Shown here piece after piece: positions 27,475-39,873 of a stretch of 64,000 nucleotides of DNA. The stretch is from Eledone cirrhosa (lineage: Eukaryota). Both the position numbers and the translations under genes were made by a program. The notes below the pieces were generated by a model. It was not told where the DNA came from, made no database searches, and saw only the letters and a program-made list of their open reading frames with translations. The stretch lies in NCBI GenBank assembly GCA_964016885.1, contig OZ024740.1, forward strand, positions 14,136,001 to 14,200,000, read 5' to 3'. The stretch's first letter is position 1. Each line of letters starts with the position of its first letter.

Positions 27475-27969
27475 TCATGGTAAATATTGGTGTAATTCCA
27501 TTGAAGCACTCAACATAGTTTTTCCACATTGGGATGACGGAGTATTTTTAGTATAATGAAATACAAAGTAGTTTAGATGTTAAATTAAAGATCCTTATTA
27601 ATAAGGCCACGATAGACATTTCGCTGACGAGAGTGGCCACGTGATTCTGTGTCCCAGTGTCATGATCTCATCAGACAGCTTCTTACATAATAACGTTACA
27701 ATCAGGATGTAATCCAAATTGTTTTTGTGTGTTGTGTGATGAACATAAATAAGACGGTGTAGGACAGAACAAAGGAGAGACACACAAAATAAAAGGTTAG
27801 TCACTGAGGAGGTCACTGAATGTATGACGAAAGAGTTTTGACAATATATATACAACATTCCGGTTATCGAACTAACAAACAAACCAACCGGAAACTTATA
27901 ATAAATTGAAGTGAAAATCAACAGGTGCATGTGTTTTTATTGGCACCATGACCCTCCCAAAGTATAACA

Positions 27970-28047
<78 letters not shown>

Positions 28048-28088
28048 ACACACACACACACACATACACCTATATACATATTTAGTGA

Positions 28089-28225
28089 AGGCGTGTGGCT
28101 GATTGGTTAGAGAACTGGATTCGTAATCGTGAGGTTGTTAGTTCGATTCCTGGACCGGGCAACCCGTTATGTCCTTGAGCAAGACACTTTATTTCACGTT
28201 GGTCCTTCTACCTGGAGCGATAGAT
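28089..28225 (+). mobile_element. tRNA-derived SINE head (second family)
   Basis: A-box TGGCTGATTGG, B-box GTTCGATTCC, then TGTCCTTGAGCAAGACACTT. Confidence 0.75.
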
Positions 28226-28489
28226 AGTATTAGCAATTGGAAACACCAACAGAAACATTGTTTCCTCGGTCCGATTTGACGAAAGTCGATCGACAAATTA
28301 TTACATATAGTAAAAGAATGAAGAATAACATGGGTTTATTTAATGTATTAACAATTGTTTCTTTACAGTCTATGCCTGATCAGAATACTGATCTGTGTAC
28401 ATGATATAGCGCTAGTATTTATAGATACATGGGAGAATAACATAAATGAAAACAACAATAATAATAAGATTAATGAGATGTCCAGTATA

Positions 28490-31400
28490 TTACTGAGATT
28501 TCCAGTGGCTATGTGTTTTACTGGAGTGGCAGAGAAGCAGGATGAAAAGGGGAGGCAGGTGTGGCTTTTGCAGTGAAAACGTCTTGGGTATCAGTGATCG
28601 CCTCATCTCAATGAGAATTCCTCTGATGTACAATCGCTACCTTACCATTGTCAGTGTATATGCCCTGACGATGAACTCCAATGAAGACGAGAAACTCACC
28701 TTTTACAGGTCTTTGAAGGAACTTGTCAAAAAGATTCCTTCAGCAGACAAAATTGTCGTACTTGGTGATTTCAACGCACGTGTTGGCAGGGATTATGAGA
28801 CTTGGGATGTGATCGGCAGACATAGGCAAATGTAACAGCAATGGTCTCCTCTTGCTACAGATGTGTGTGGAGTTAGATTTGTTCATTGCAAGCACGATGT
28901 TCCGGCAAAAGGATAAGTTCAAGACAACATGGATACATCCTGGGTCGAAAATGTGGCATCTGATCGACTATGTTCTTGTGAAGAAATGTGATATACAGGA
29001 TATCAAGCATGTTCATGTTCTGCGTAGCGCAGAGTGCTGGCCAGACCATCGTCTGTGGCGCGCTAAAGCAAACTTCGTGATCAAACCTCAAACAAGAGCG
29101 AGTGGTGTCAAGATTCCAAGGCACTTGAATATAGATCCTGTGAAAGATACGGGTGTCAAGGAAGAGCTGCATCGCAGGCTTGAAAGTATTGATTGTGCGA
29201 ACAAGTGGAATCACTTCAGGAGCTCGGTCTCTGAGGCTTCAGCAGAGGCCCTTGGTTTTGTCACAAGAAAACAAGGACTGGTTTGATGAGAATGACCGGG
29301 AGGTCAAGGCTCTGTTGGACACAAAACAAAAGGCACTTGATGCAGTTCTTAAAGGTGGTAGATCTGTTGTTGACAATTGTGAGCGTTACAGACAGGTAAA
29401 GAAAGAAGTGCAGGTGAAAATACCTGGTGGAGCAACACAGCAGATGAAGTTCAAACAGCATCTAATGGCAACAATGTGGAACTGCATACTCTACTCAGAG
29501 AGGTGTATGATCCTTTCAGCTCACCAGTGACATCGTTGAGATCAAAAGATGGCAAGCATTTACTGCGCGATCCAAAAGACATATTTGACAGATGGAGAGA
29601 TCACTTTGATGAGCTCTTGAACCAACCATCCCAGGTTGATGATAATTTCATTTGCTCCATTCCTATTGAACCAGTGAAGCATGAGATAGCTGATGTACCT
29701 TCTCTTGCAGAGGTGACTTCTGCTGTGCATAAGCTGAACTGTGGTAAGTCCCCTGGTATGGATAGTCTGAGTGCAGAGCTTTTGAAGTGCGGTGGTGGGA
29801 ACTTCACACAGCGCCTGACTAACCTTATGTAAAAGGTGTGGGAAGATAAGAATGTCCCACAAGATTGGAAGGATGCGCTAATGATGATTCTCCATAAAGG
29901 AAAGGGTGGGAAGGACAAATGTGGCAATTATCGTGGCATATCCCTCCTTTCAGTAGTAGGTAAAGTCATGTGTCGAATGTTGATGGATAGATTGATCTCA
30001 GGGGTTGCTCTGAATATGTTGCCTGAGTCGCAGTGTGGGTTCAGAAACGAAAGAGGAACAGTGGATATGATCTTTTCTGCTCGGCAGCTGCAAATGTATC
30101 GAGCAATGTATTGACCTTTACCAGGTCTTTGTTGACCATTGTGGAAGAGTTTGCGAAGATTCTGCATCTTTTTCATGATGACATGAAGGTTTGGGTAGCA
30201 TCTCTGAACCAATATCAGTTGAAATTGGAGTGAAGCAGGGGGACATTCCGGCTCCAACTCTGTTTTCCTTATATTTTACGATAGTGTTTCTCATGGCATT
30301 CAGGAAGAATTGTTTGCATGGGGTTTACATCAGGTATCGTACTTCAGGAAGGTTGTTCAACATCAGGCGCTTTGGTGCAAGCACAAAGGTATTAACCTCT
30401 ATAATCCGTGAGTTTTTGTATGCAGATACTGCGATCTTTTTTCACACTCACAGAGTGACATGCAACATATTATGAACTCTTTTTCTGAACCTTGCAGTGC
30501 ATTGGGCCTCACAATAAGCTTGGAAAGGACTGTTGTGATGTATCAGCTAGCATCTGGAAAAGAGTACACTACACCAAGTGTGTACTTATACGGAAAGAGG
30601 CTAAAGGTTGCTGACAACTTTGATTACCTTGGTAGTACGTTGAACAATTCATGCACAATTGATGATGAGATATCCTTAAGAATCAAGAAAGCCAGTGATG
30701 CTTTTGGACGGCTGCATAAACGTTTATGGTCCCGAGGAGGTATCACTATCGAAACCAAGGTGAAAGTGTATCTGACTTGTGTCGTCTCCTCTTTGTTTTA
30801 TGCCTGTGAAACGTGGATCACATACAGAAAGCACCTCAAGGAACTGGAGAGGTTTCACCAACAATCTCTTCGTAAGATACTTGGGGTGCAATGGAAAATG
30901 TTCGTGAGTGATTTGGAAGTTCTCGAACAGAGCAGGTGTATGGGTATAGAGAGCATAATCTTTCGGCATCGGTTGAGGTGGTTCGGTCATATGGTTCGGA
31001 TGTCTGATGATCGTATTCCAAAGCAACTTCTCTACGGAGAACTGTGAGAAGGAAGGCGACCACCACACAAACCAAAAATGTGGTACCAGGACTGTGTCAG
31101 AGGCACCTTGGCTTGTGCTGGAATTTCATCTGACGTATGGGAGAAAATGGCTGAGGAGCGTGTGAAGTGGAGACGTTTGATCAGGTCAGGTAGTGAACAC
31201 TTTGAAACTCGTAGAAGGGAACACCTAACACTGAAAAGGAACGTAATGAAAGGAGACTGTTCTGAACTGCCTGCTGTTGAGCAACATCTGGTTTACCAGT
31301 ACTGTGGTCGAGTTTGCCAGAGTAAAGCTGGTTTGACTAGACATGAACAAAGTCATTTCAGTAGACCTCATGTAGATTATGATCTGAAAAGATGTAAGGA

Positions 31401-31611
31401 ATGCGGCAAGGAATGTGTTAGCTTAGGAGGTCTTAAAAAACATATAAGAACACACAGTCAGAACCTACCAGTGGAAAGTCCCAGAGGAGTCTACTGTTGC
31501 CATGTGTGTGCCAGAGGGTGCAAGTCTTTGGCTGGATTAAAGAGCCACATTCGTGCCTCACATTTTTGAGCATTTTATCAGGCGATGGCAATGCTCGAAC
31601 ACGAGTTTGCA

Positions 31612-31618
<7 letters not shown>
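28490..31618 (+). mobile_element. RTE-clade LINE, 5'-truncated, decayed
   Basis: APE (VYA.T, LGDFNARVG, WHLIDYV), RT (GKSPG.D, NYRGISLLS, LPESQCGFR, GVKQG, FLYAD, FDYLGS), RLRWFGH..RM, C-terminal zinc fingers. Many stops and frameshifts. Confidence 0.95.
31078..31569 (+). pseudogene. RTE ORF C-terminus with three C2H2-type zinc fingers
   Basis: (Y)QYCGRVCQSKAGLTRHEQSH, CKECGKECVSLGGLKKHIRTH, CHVCARGCKSLAGLKSHIRASH. Confidence 0.85.
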
Positions 31619-31681
<63 letters not shown>

Positions 31682-31786
31682 CTGTTGAAGCCGCAAGAGT
31701 TCAGCAATCGGACTCCAACTCTTTCTGATAGAGTCACACTCTACTATCCCAAGTATCAATAACTCTGTCGAATAATCGTTTAATCT

Positions 31787-31874
<88 letters not shown>

Positions 31875-32156
31875 TATATATATGTATATATAAAAGTATA
31901 TTTATATATGTATATCTATATGTATATATAAAAGTATATATATATATATATAGTATTAGTTATACTATTTATGGTTATGTAAATACAAAACCTTATGCAG
32001 TTATAAGTATTTTACACACACCCTAAATAGTGGTAGGCAGTAATGTATTACTACCTTATTACCAGTAAGTTAAGTAGCTCAATGTAAAAACATCAGATGA
32101 TTTACAGAGCAGTTATATAAAATATAAGAATCAAAGAACTGTTCAAAACATTATTG

Positions 32157-32203
32157 TGCTTACAGCTGTTTCCTCCAAACCGAGGTTTGGATTCTTCGGA
32201 GCA
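32157..32203 (-). ncRNA. Minimal type I hammerhead ribozyme, U4C variant
   Basis: Reverse complement: TGCT-CCGAAGA-ATCCAAACC(TC)GGTTTGGAG-GAAA-C(AGCT)G-TA-AGCA, then CAATAA. Confidence 0.75.
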
Positions 32204-33649
32204 ATTTATTAATGCATGGACAGTTATATGACCTCCTTTTCAGCCGAGAGACATACCGATACATATTCAAACATTGATACATATTCAAACATTGTGGGTC
32301 AACATTCATTACAGAATTTAGAGTGGCAGTACACACTTCGAGATTACATTTATATTAAGAGGTACAATCAAAATCAAAAATACAGGTTAAAATACAACAT
32401 GAAGATAAGCGGTTATATAGTGCAAATGTTATATGTGTGGCACGCATGTGCGTCTTGTTTATATAGTGTGGCAGAGAGATATGTGTGGTAGAGGCACTTA
32501 GGTAGGTAAACAAGAGTGTTAGGTTCGTAGATCTGGTGGCAAATTCTTTATATGATTGATATAGTCTGTGTGTGGAGAAATGTTATAAGCATTAAAAATA
32601 GTGCAAGCATTAAAAGTGTTAAAAGTATTGGAGATGCACAGCGAAGGGATGTCAAGTATTTCATGTACTTCGGCATTTTCATGGTCAGGGGAGTGTATTT
32701 TTCGATTATATGCCCCTCACATAATCCACGACAATCCGATATTGAGCGTTTGACAATCCAGTTAGAGATCGTAGTCTGGTGTTCTTTAGTTCAATACAGG
32801 AGGCTGTTACGTTTCGAGAAACGCCATTGAATACCACCCGGAAGTGTGTGTGTGGCTAAGGGGAGTTAATGCATGCGGGGAGGTAACTCCGGGGTTTCTA
32901 TACCTAGCTATTAAAATGTGTCACAATATAGACCCTACTTTCTATGGTGATGCGCATCCTCCAAGAAAATTTTTAAAGCATAAAGTGTATTAACTATAGA
33001 GTAGTTTAATTAAGTTATGCTGAAGGTGATCATATTATTATGGTGGATTAACCCATCGTAAGGTGCCACAAATGGAAATTATAGATGATGAGCGAGGATT
33101 CTAAATTAATGATCTCTGTGGTTGTAGTCTACTCATAGGACCAGGCGCGGTGATTGCAGGATTGCTTCAGGACCCAATGATCTCTGGTAAGTTCTGGGTC
33201 ATCGCTTGCTACATTGGATGTCGAAAGATAATCATCCCCAGGGCGGCCAGAGGTCAATCCGCAGTCCTCGCGACCCCTCTCTGACCGTCAGATCATCCAT
33301 ATATGTACAACCCGCACGGCCGTTGCAATGCATTCACTCACTGCGCTCAGCAGCCTGGTCCTACTGCTCAACAGCGTTACTAGATTAAATCATTTTCCAT
33401 CTGTCTAAGGAATGTGTTTCCTCTGCACAACACTATCCAACCGATCAATTCATGCTCAAATTACCCTTAGAGCGGTGTAGTGCCGTTCAAGTGGGTGGAT
33501 GTTGTCACACCTGACGTAGAGGTATAAATGGGTTCCAGAGGGATGTCGTTGTTTGTGTTATAAAAGATCAGTTAGTGTTGGGTATGTAGTATAAGGTGTG
33601 TCTCTGGTGTTTGATGCTAGATGTGGTGCTAGGTTCCAGTCCGACATTG

Positions 33650-35679
33650 CTATATATTGGGCTTAAAGTTTTGGAAGGAATGTCTGAAGCGGTGCTGGCA
33701 AGTTGCAAACACCTCAGATTTTTTGTTAAGTAGGTTACGGTTGGAGAAGATAATATTGTGTGTCTCTAGTAACAGAGGTTACAAAATTTATTAGGTGGTT
33801 TGTACGAGGTCGCGGTGCCTATCACTTCCCATTTGAGTGTGTATGGTTTATTTTTAGTTTTTAGATAGTGTATGTAGCTAGAAAGTGAGGTGGAGTTTGC
33901 TAGGCCGTGCTTTTTGAACGAGTGGATGTGCGAATTATATCTGATTTTGAAGCAGTTAGAAGTGGAGCCTACATAGGTTTCTGAAGAGTTGTTAGTCGTG
34001 ACGGTGCATGAGTATATGATATCCTTGGTTAGGCATTTTTTATCTAAAGAGCAGGTTCTATTAGCTCTACAGTTACAATTATCCTGTGCGTTAGTCCGCT
34101 GGTTATAATGCAGTGCGGAAGTCTGTGTGGTAGCTATAGGATTTTGGGCGTTCGGGTTGACAACCCTGGTGTTATTACTTATACTAGTGTTATTTCTATT
34201 GTTACTGCCGTTGCTATGGTTGCTTGCTACAGTGGTATTTAGAGGGTTTGCATCCCGTTGTGATTTTGTTTGTTGGAAATAAGAACTAATTTTACTATTA
34301 TTGCTGCTAGCTATGTGGTATGCTAGGTTAGGCGTCGTAGAGTATGAGATTTTAATGGTGTTTTTGTTTAAGAGGTTGTGGTACTTGTGTCCTAGAGGGA
34401 AGTTTTTATCTAGTAGTGAGAAGAAAGCCCTAGGTATGTTGGTGGAGACATTTAGGTTGAAAGGAGGGTTGAAAAATGTATTATTTCTTCTATTTTTGCT
34501 TTTAGTGTTTGGTGTGTTGCTTCTTCCTAAGGCCCCACAGTAGTTTCCATGGTAATGGTTACTTCCGGTGGCACCCTCCGCTTTGGTGTACTTGTGGTTG
34601 CTATTCCTATTACTAGGTTTCCTCATGGACATGTTGTGCGAGATGATGTTGTAGCTATGTGTTTTCTTTGGTAGGAACTCAATTTCTATATTATGGCCGG
34701 AGCTAGCTAATGCTTGATTGTAATATTGTGAGTTTTTGCTAAATATGTTTGCGTCATAGGACAGACTAGAGATTCTATTGGACACCCCCTTAGAGATAGA
34801 GTTTAATATTGATCTAGGGTGATTAGTCTTGGTATCTACGTAAATAAGTTTCTCGTTAGGCTTATGGAAAGGTGTATATATTTTTGAGTCTAGGTATAGT
34901 GTGGCGTCTAGAAAGTTAACATTTTTAGTGTTTTTGTCCATGGTGATACTAAGGTTAAAGTTTTTGAATGTCTTATGCAATTGTTTTCTAGTTCTTTCTA
35001 TATTAAATTTTTTATATTCTATAAGTAGAAGTGCATCATCGCGGTACAAACCACCGTTGAGGCAAGGGAGGTCCTTATGGATTTCATTGAGAAGGTATAG
35101 GCCGACCAAATCAGTGACCTGCGCCGAGTCACTAGATCCCATGGTTATGTCGAAGTTGTTATGCGTATCCTTGCGTGTCCATAGTTGGTCCTCGAAGGTG
35201 ATTATGGTTTTACGGGCCGCAAGGATGACATCAACCTGGGCTCTAGTCAGGTCGCTATTGCTCATGGCCATGATAAGTGCCTTATTTAATAGGATAGGGG
35301 AAATATAGGTGTAGTATGAATTGATATCAAATTGAATAAATTTTTTGTTCTTATTATTCTTGATATCCTTGAACCATTCAATCACTTCACCCGTATTTCC
35401 CCATTGTTTAAGGTGTATCTTGTGTTTAATTTGTGGGATGATTTTATCCCAAATCTTCTTGCTGATAATACCAATGTCAGACTTGGAAGGGCAGATAAGT
35501 CTTATCGTGGGGTTGCTGATGAAGTTCTCCTTATGGTCCTTCAGAGAGAATCTAGGGGGGTTCGGGGTGAAGGGTTGTGTATGCCTCTGCAGTCCTAGTT
35601 TAGACACTATATTATAACCCTCTACATTAATATCTTCTAAGTTTTTCAAGGTGGTTTTTTTGTAGCTTTTATGTAGTTA
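33650..35679 (-). pseudogene. PLE reverse transcriptase / GIY-YIG endonuclease
   Basis: LKDHKENF, FIQFDI, FDITMGS.D.AQ..DLVG, GLYRDD, VNFLD, CNC..C..C, IIYSC..YVGST. A 1-nt frameshift at ~33770 separates the C-terminus LETHNII..LLNKKSE..CQH. Confidence 0.92.
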
Positions 35680-35743
35680 ACTACATTTAGCAGTTTCTAG
35701 TACCGGTTGGCAGCCTTCAAGTCTCTCTCTCTCTCTCTCTCTC

Positions 35744-35782
<39 letters not shown>

Positions 35783-35784
<2 letters not shown>

Positions 35785-35996
35785 CAAAGGAATTGTGGTA
35801 ACCAACCAGATGGACCATAACGCACCAGAGCACTCAATACTTAGGGCAGTAGAGTGAGAAATAGGAAAAAGTATGACCCCGACGGCAGAGCTCAAGCTGT
35901 TTCGACGGCTATTTCTGGACTCAGAAATAGCCGTTTGAGTCCAGAAATAGCCGTCGAAACGGCTTGAGCTGCTGTCGTCGGGGTCATACTTTTTCC

Positions 35997-36000
<4 letters not shown>
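35783..36000. repeat. Short fold-back of a PLE pLTR containing hammerhead 3' halves
   Basis: 35861-35923 is the reverse complement of ~35936-36000. GAAAC.GC..GAGCT..GTCGGGGTC on both arms, same family as 8697. Left unpaired tail; (TA)n flanks. Confidence 0.8.
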
Positions 36001-36046
<46 letters not shown>

Positions 36047-36540
36047 CATAAATTATCGAGATTCGCATTTCGGCCCTCGAAATAACGAAAAACAACCTCC
36101 GAGATGTGTGGCAAGTGCTCAATGATTCAGATGAACCAGAGCTATAACAAACGTTAAAGGCCAAACACACTGAGACGATGGTTAAACAATCATTCGTATA
36201 GCCAAAAAAACGATCAAGTAATCCGGGTATTGAAAATTTACCCGGACCCCTGGAAGGTTGGTAAAATCCAGTATATGGGTTTCTGCGGCTCCTAAATCAA
36301 GTACCGTCCGCCTACATAAATAATGTCAGGCTTCTGGTAAGATGATTGAACAAGGAAACCACTTTCTCAACAGGTTTTAGTTCAATGTTAATACAAGGAC
36401 TGACTATTGCTGACCCCACTTGGGGATCGGCAAGGGAGGCAAACCCTATATCAGGCGAATGAATTCAGTTGTGTATATTTTTGCAAGAATGCAAAAACAT
36501 CACAAATCGAATAGAGTTCTCAACAGAGGGGTTAAAATTA

Positions 36541-36611
<71 letters not shown>

Positions 36612-36668
36612 ATATATAGATATAGATAGGTAAATATACACGGGTGTGTATGATTGTGTATAGAAGAT

Positions 36669-37451
36669 TATATTAATAAGAGGAATTCCAACTTTGTCTG
36701 ATTTACTCGTTTTATTTACAATCCTTTAAAATATATATAATGGTATAATAATGAAATAGTATGATAGAATATTAAATTCTAAGTGTTAATTGAACAAGTA
36801 CTTTCATGCTTTCGCAATCTTCAGGTTCATGATATGTGGTGACAGTCGAGTTTGCAATTTTCAACTGTAATGAGATGGGTAAATTTCCTACCTTTTATAC
36901 ATTTTATACAGAGAAAAGTGGCTCCAGAATGCAAAGCCCTGTAAACTGTATTTCGACCAATCAGTGTGTAGTTTCACTGAATTACTACAGCTGATTGGTT
37001 TAAGCGTCACGGCTGGTTGAGCATGCTAACGACCAATAGTCATACCCAACGTATCATTGTTTTGCTTTTTGAAATGATGAAAATAGCATTTTCTATTAAT
37101 CATCACCATCACTTTTATTATTATTATTATTATTGTTGTTGTTGTTGTGGTCGTGGTCATAGTGGTAGTAGAAATAATACCCCTAGGCGTTATTATTGTT
37201 CATTTATAATTCTTTTCTTTGATTTTTCTCTCTTTATTTACCCATCTCATTACAGTTGAAAATTGCAAACTCGACTGTCACCACATATCATGAACCTGAA
37301 GATTGCGAAAGCATGAAAGTACTTGTTCAATTAACACTTAGAATTTAATATTCTATCATACTATTTCATTATTATACCATTATATATATTTTAAAGGATC
37401 GTAAATAAAACGAGTAAATCAGACAAAGTTGGAATTCCTCTTATTAATATA
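36669..37451. repeat. Fold-back element (~215-bp arms, ~350-bp spacer) with hammerheads
   Basis: 36669-36884 is the reverse complement of 37236-37451. (TA)n flanks. Confidence 0.9.
37291..37329 (+). ncRNA. Minimal type I hammerhead ribozyme (mirror copy at 36791-36829, minus strand)
   Basis: TGAAC-CTGAAGA-TTGC(GAAA)GCAT-GAAA-(GTAC)-TT-GTTCA. Confidence 0.8.
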
Positions 37452-37499
37452 AATATAATATATATATATAATATAATATAATATATAATATATAATATA

Positions 37500-37600
<101 letters not shown>

Positions 37601-39238
37601 TATATATATAATTTATATATATATATATATATATACTATATTTGGCAATATACTGACCGTCCGAAGTGAGTGAGATGTGAGCAAGAAGAGAACTCACTAC
37701 AAGCCAAACGGGAGGAAGTGAGAAGGGGAGAAACAGAGAGTGAGTGAGTGTAAGTGCGAGGAAGAGGTCAGTCGAGAGAAAGTGTAACTGACAGAGGGGG
37801 CGAAAGAAGGTGAGAGAAACAGAGAGAGCGGGGAAGTAGTAAGAGAGAAACAGACAAACGCAGGCGAGGTAAATATATATATAAAAAACATGAGAAGAAA
37901 GAATACTGCGTGGTTGCACATGGGTTACATATGATAAAAATAGTCCTTCGTCAGTGATTTTCCAACCTTCATTGGTATTTCATCGCATTATATATATATA
38001 TACATAAATATACGAAAATATTTACAGAAATATCCATACACATACATCATGACGTTTTGTTTGCTTTAATAGAACACACACACATACATACACAGAAACA
38101 CATACAAACACATACTCTCACATTTATGCATATATATGGCCATTTATACATACATCACACACACAGATCTGTACACATACACACACAGATGTGTACACAC
38201 AGACACACACATACACTTATCCATACAGTATACATATTTATTTATGCACAATGACATGCAGAATAAACATACCTACACATATACAAATACATGCATAAAT
38301 ATACACACATACACACATACACACATACACACATACACACACCTAAACAGATACTCACACATACACACACTTAAACATACTCACGCATACACACACTTAA
38401 ACATATACTCACACATACAAACTAAAACAGATACACATACACACACCTAAACAGATACTCACACATACACACACCTAAACAGATACACATACACATATAC
38501 ACACACCTAAACAGATACTCACACATACACACACTTAAACAGATACTCACATGCACACACCTAAACAGATACACATACACACACCTAAACAGATACACAC
38601 ATACACACCACTAAACAGATACACACATACACACATACACACACCTAAACAGATACTCACATACACACATATACATGTGTCATACAGATGTGACACATGG
38701 TTGATATATAGGAACTGTGTCAAGGTTAGGGAGTGGGGTGTGATGGTGGGGGAGGAGATGATGGGGAAGAGATGATGGGGGGGAGATGATGGGGGGGTGA
38801 TGATGGTGAGGGAGATGATGGGGGTGATGAAGGTGGGGTCATAATGGGGCGGGGGGTATGAGGGGATGATGGCGGTGGTGTGGATGATGGTGGTGGGGAA
38901 GGGGGAGATGATGGCGGGGGGAGATGATTATTAGAGGGAATGGAAAGAGATTAAGGTGAAGAGGAGAGAAGGAAAACAGAAAGGGAGAGAGGTGGTGAGA
39001 GAGAAGGGAGAGAGTGAGAGGGATAGAGAGAGGAGATGGAGAAGGAGAGAAATATGGGATAGAGAGAGGAGGGAGACAGATGGAAAGAAAAAGGGAGAGA
39101 AGAGAGACGGAGAGGTAGAAAGAGGGGATGGAGATGGGAGAGAGTGAGAGAGGGTGGGAGAGGGAGAGAGAGGGGGAGAAGAGGGGGACAGAGAGAGGGG
39201 AGAGAGAGGATATACATATATATACATGTGCGTGTGTG

Positions 39239-39263
<25 letters not shown>

Positions 39264-39273
<10 letters not shown>

Positions 39274-39828
39274 ATAACAGGAGGTTGGACTGGTGTAAAT
39301 CCTTGAAAGGTTTATTATACTATGATCATTTCAATGACCGGGTTCCATATGAATCCGGTGATATCATCAGGTATTCGAAATATAACAAAGGAATAGGTAA
39401 AAAACCATGGGTCCGAAAAATCAGAGACAGAGAAGACGACTGACCAACTAGTTGCTTTCACCTCGGCCACTTTGAGGGCGACTGACCGAGGTAAAAGCAG
39501 CTAGTTGGTCAGTCGTCCTCTCTGTCTCTGATTTTTAGGACCCATGGTTTTTTACATGTTCCTTTGTTATATTTCGAATACCTGATGATATCACCGGATT
39601 CATATGGAACCCGGTCATTGAAATGATCATAGTATAATAAACCTTACAAGGATTTACACCAGTCCAGCCTCCTGTTATTTTTATTTATAATTAACTCCGT
39701 ATTCTCACCACCAACTACACAAACGAAGACGGGTGAACTGCACTACATTGAGTACTCTCCACAATATTACACCAAGATTGACCATACGGAATGACCAATT
39801 CTATCCAGTGGTGAACCAACAAACCTAA

Positions 39829-39830
<2 letters not shown>
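39264..39830. repeat. Fold-back element (~200-bp arms) with hammerheads and right-arm tail
   Basis: 39264-39466 is the reverse complement of 39486-39689. A 140-bp unpaired tail runs to (TA)n. Confidence 0.9.
39578..39635 (+). ncRNA. Minimal type I hammerhead ribozyme (mirror copy at 39317-39374, minus strand)
   Basis: ATAC-CTGATGA-[ACCGG..CCGGT stem II]-GAAA-T(GATC)A-TA-GTAT, then AATAAA. Confidence 0.8.

Positions 39831-39873
<43 letters not shown>

Larger units (their letters stand above)
32060..35680 (-). mobile_element. Naiad-type Penelope-like element, 5'-truncated, with long 3' region and hammerhead
   Basis: RT+GIY-YIG ORF followed by ~1.5 kb non-coding sequence and a hammerhead at 32157-32203. 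Confidence 0.9.

Noticed and set aside
27604-27680. Hammerhead-like motif on the minus strand (CTGATGA..GAAATGTCTATC)
   Set aside because: Stem I relies almost wholly on G-U pairs and stem II is poor; possibly decayed but not supportable.
28089-28165. tRNA gene
   Set aside because: A and B boxes are present but there is no acceptor stem, and the sequence continues into a SINE body.
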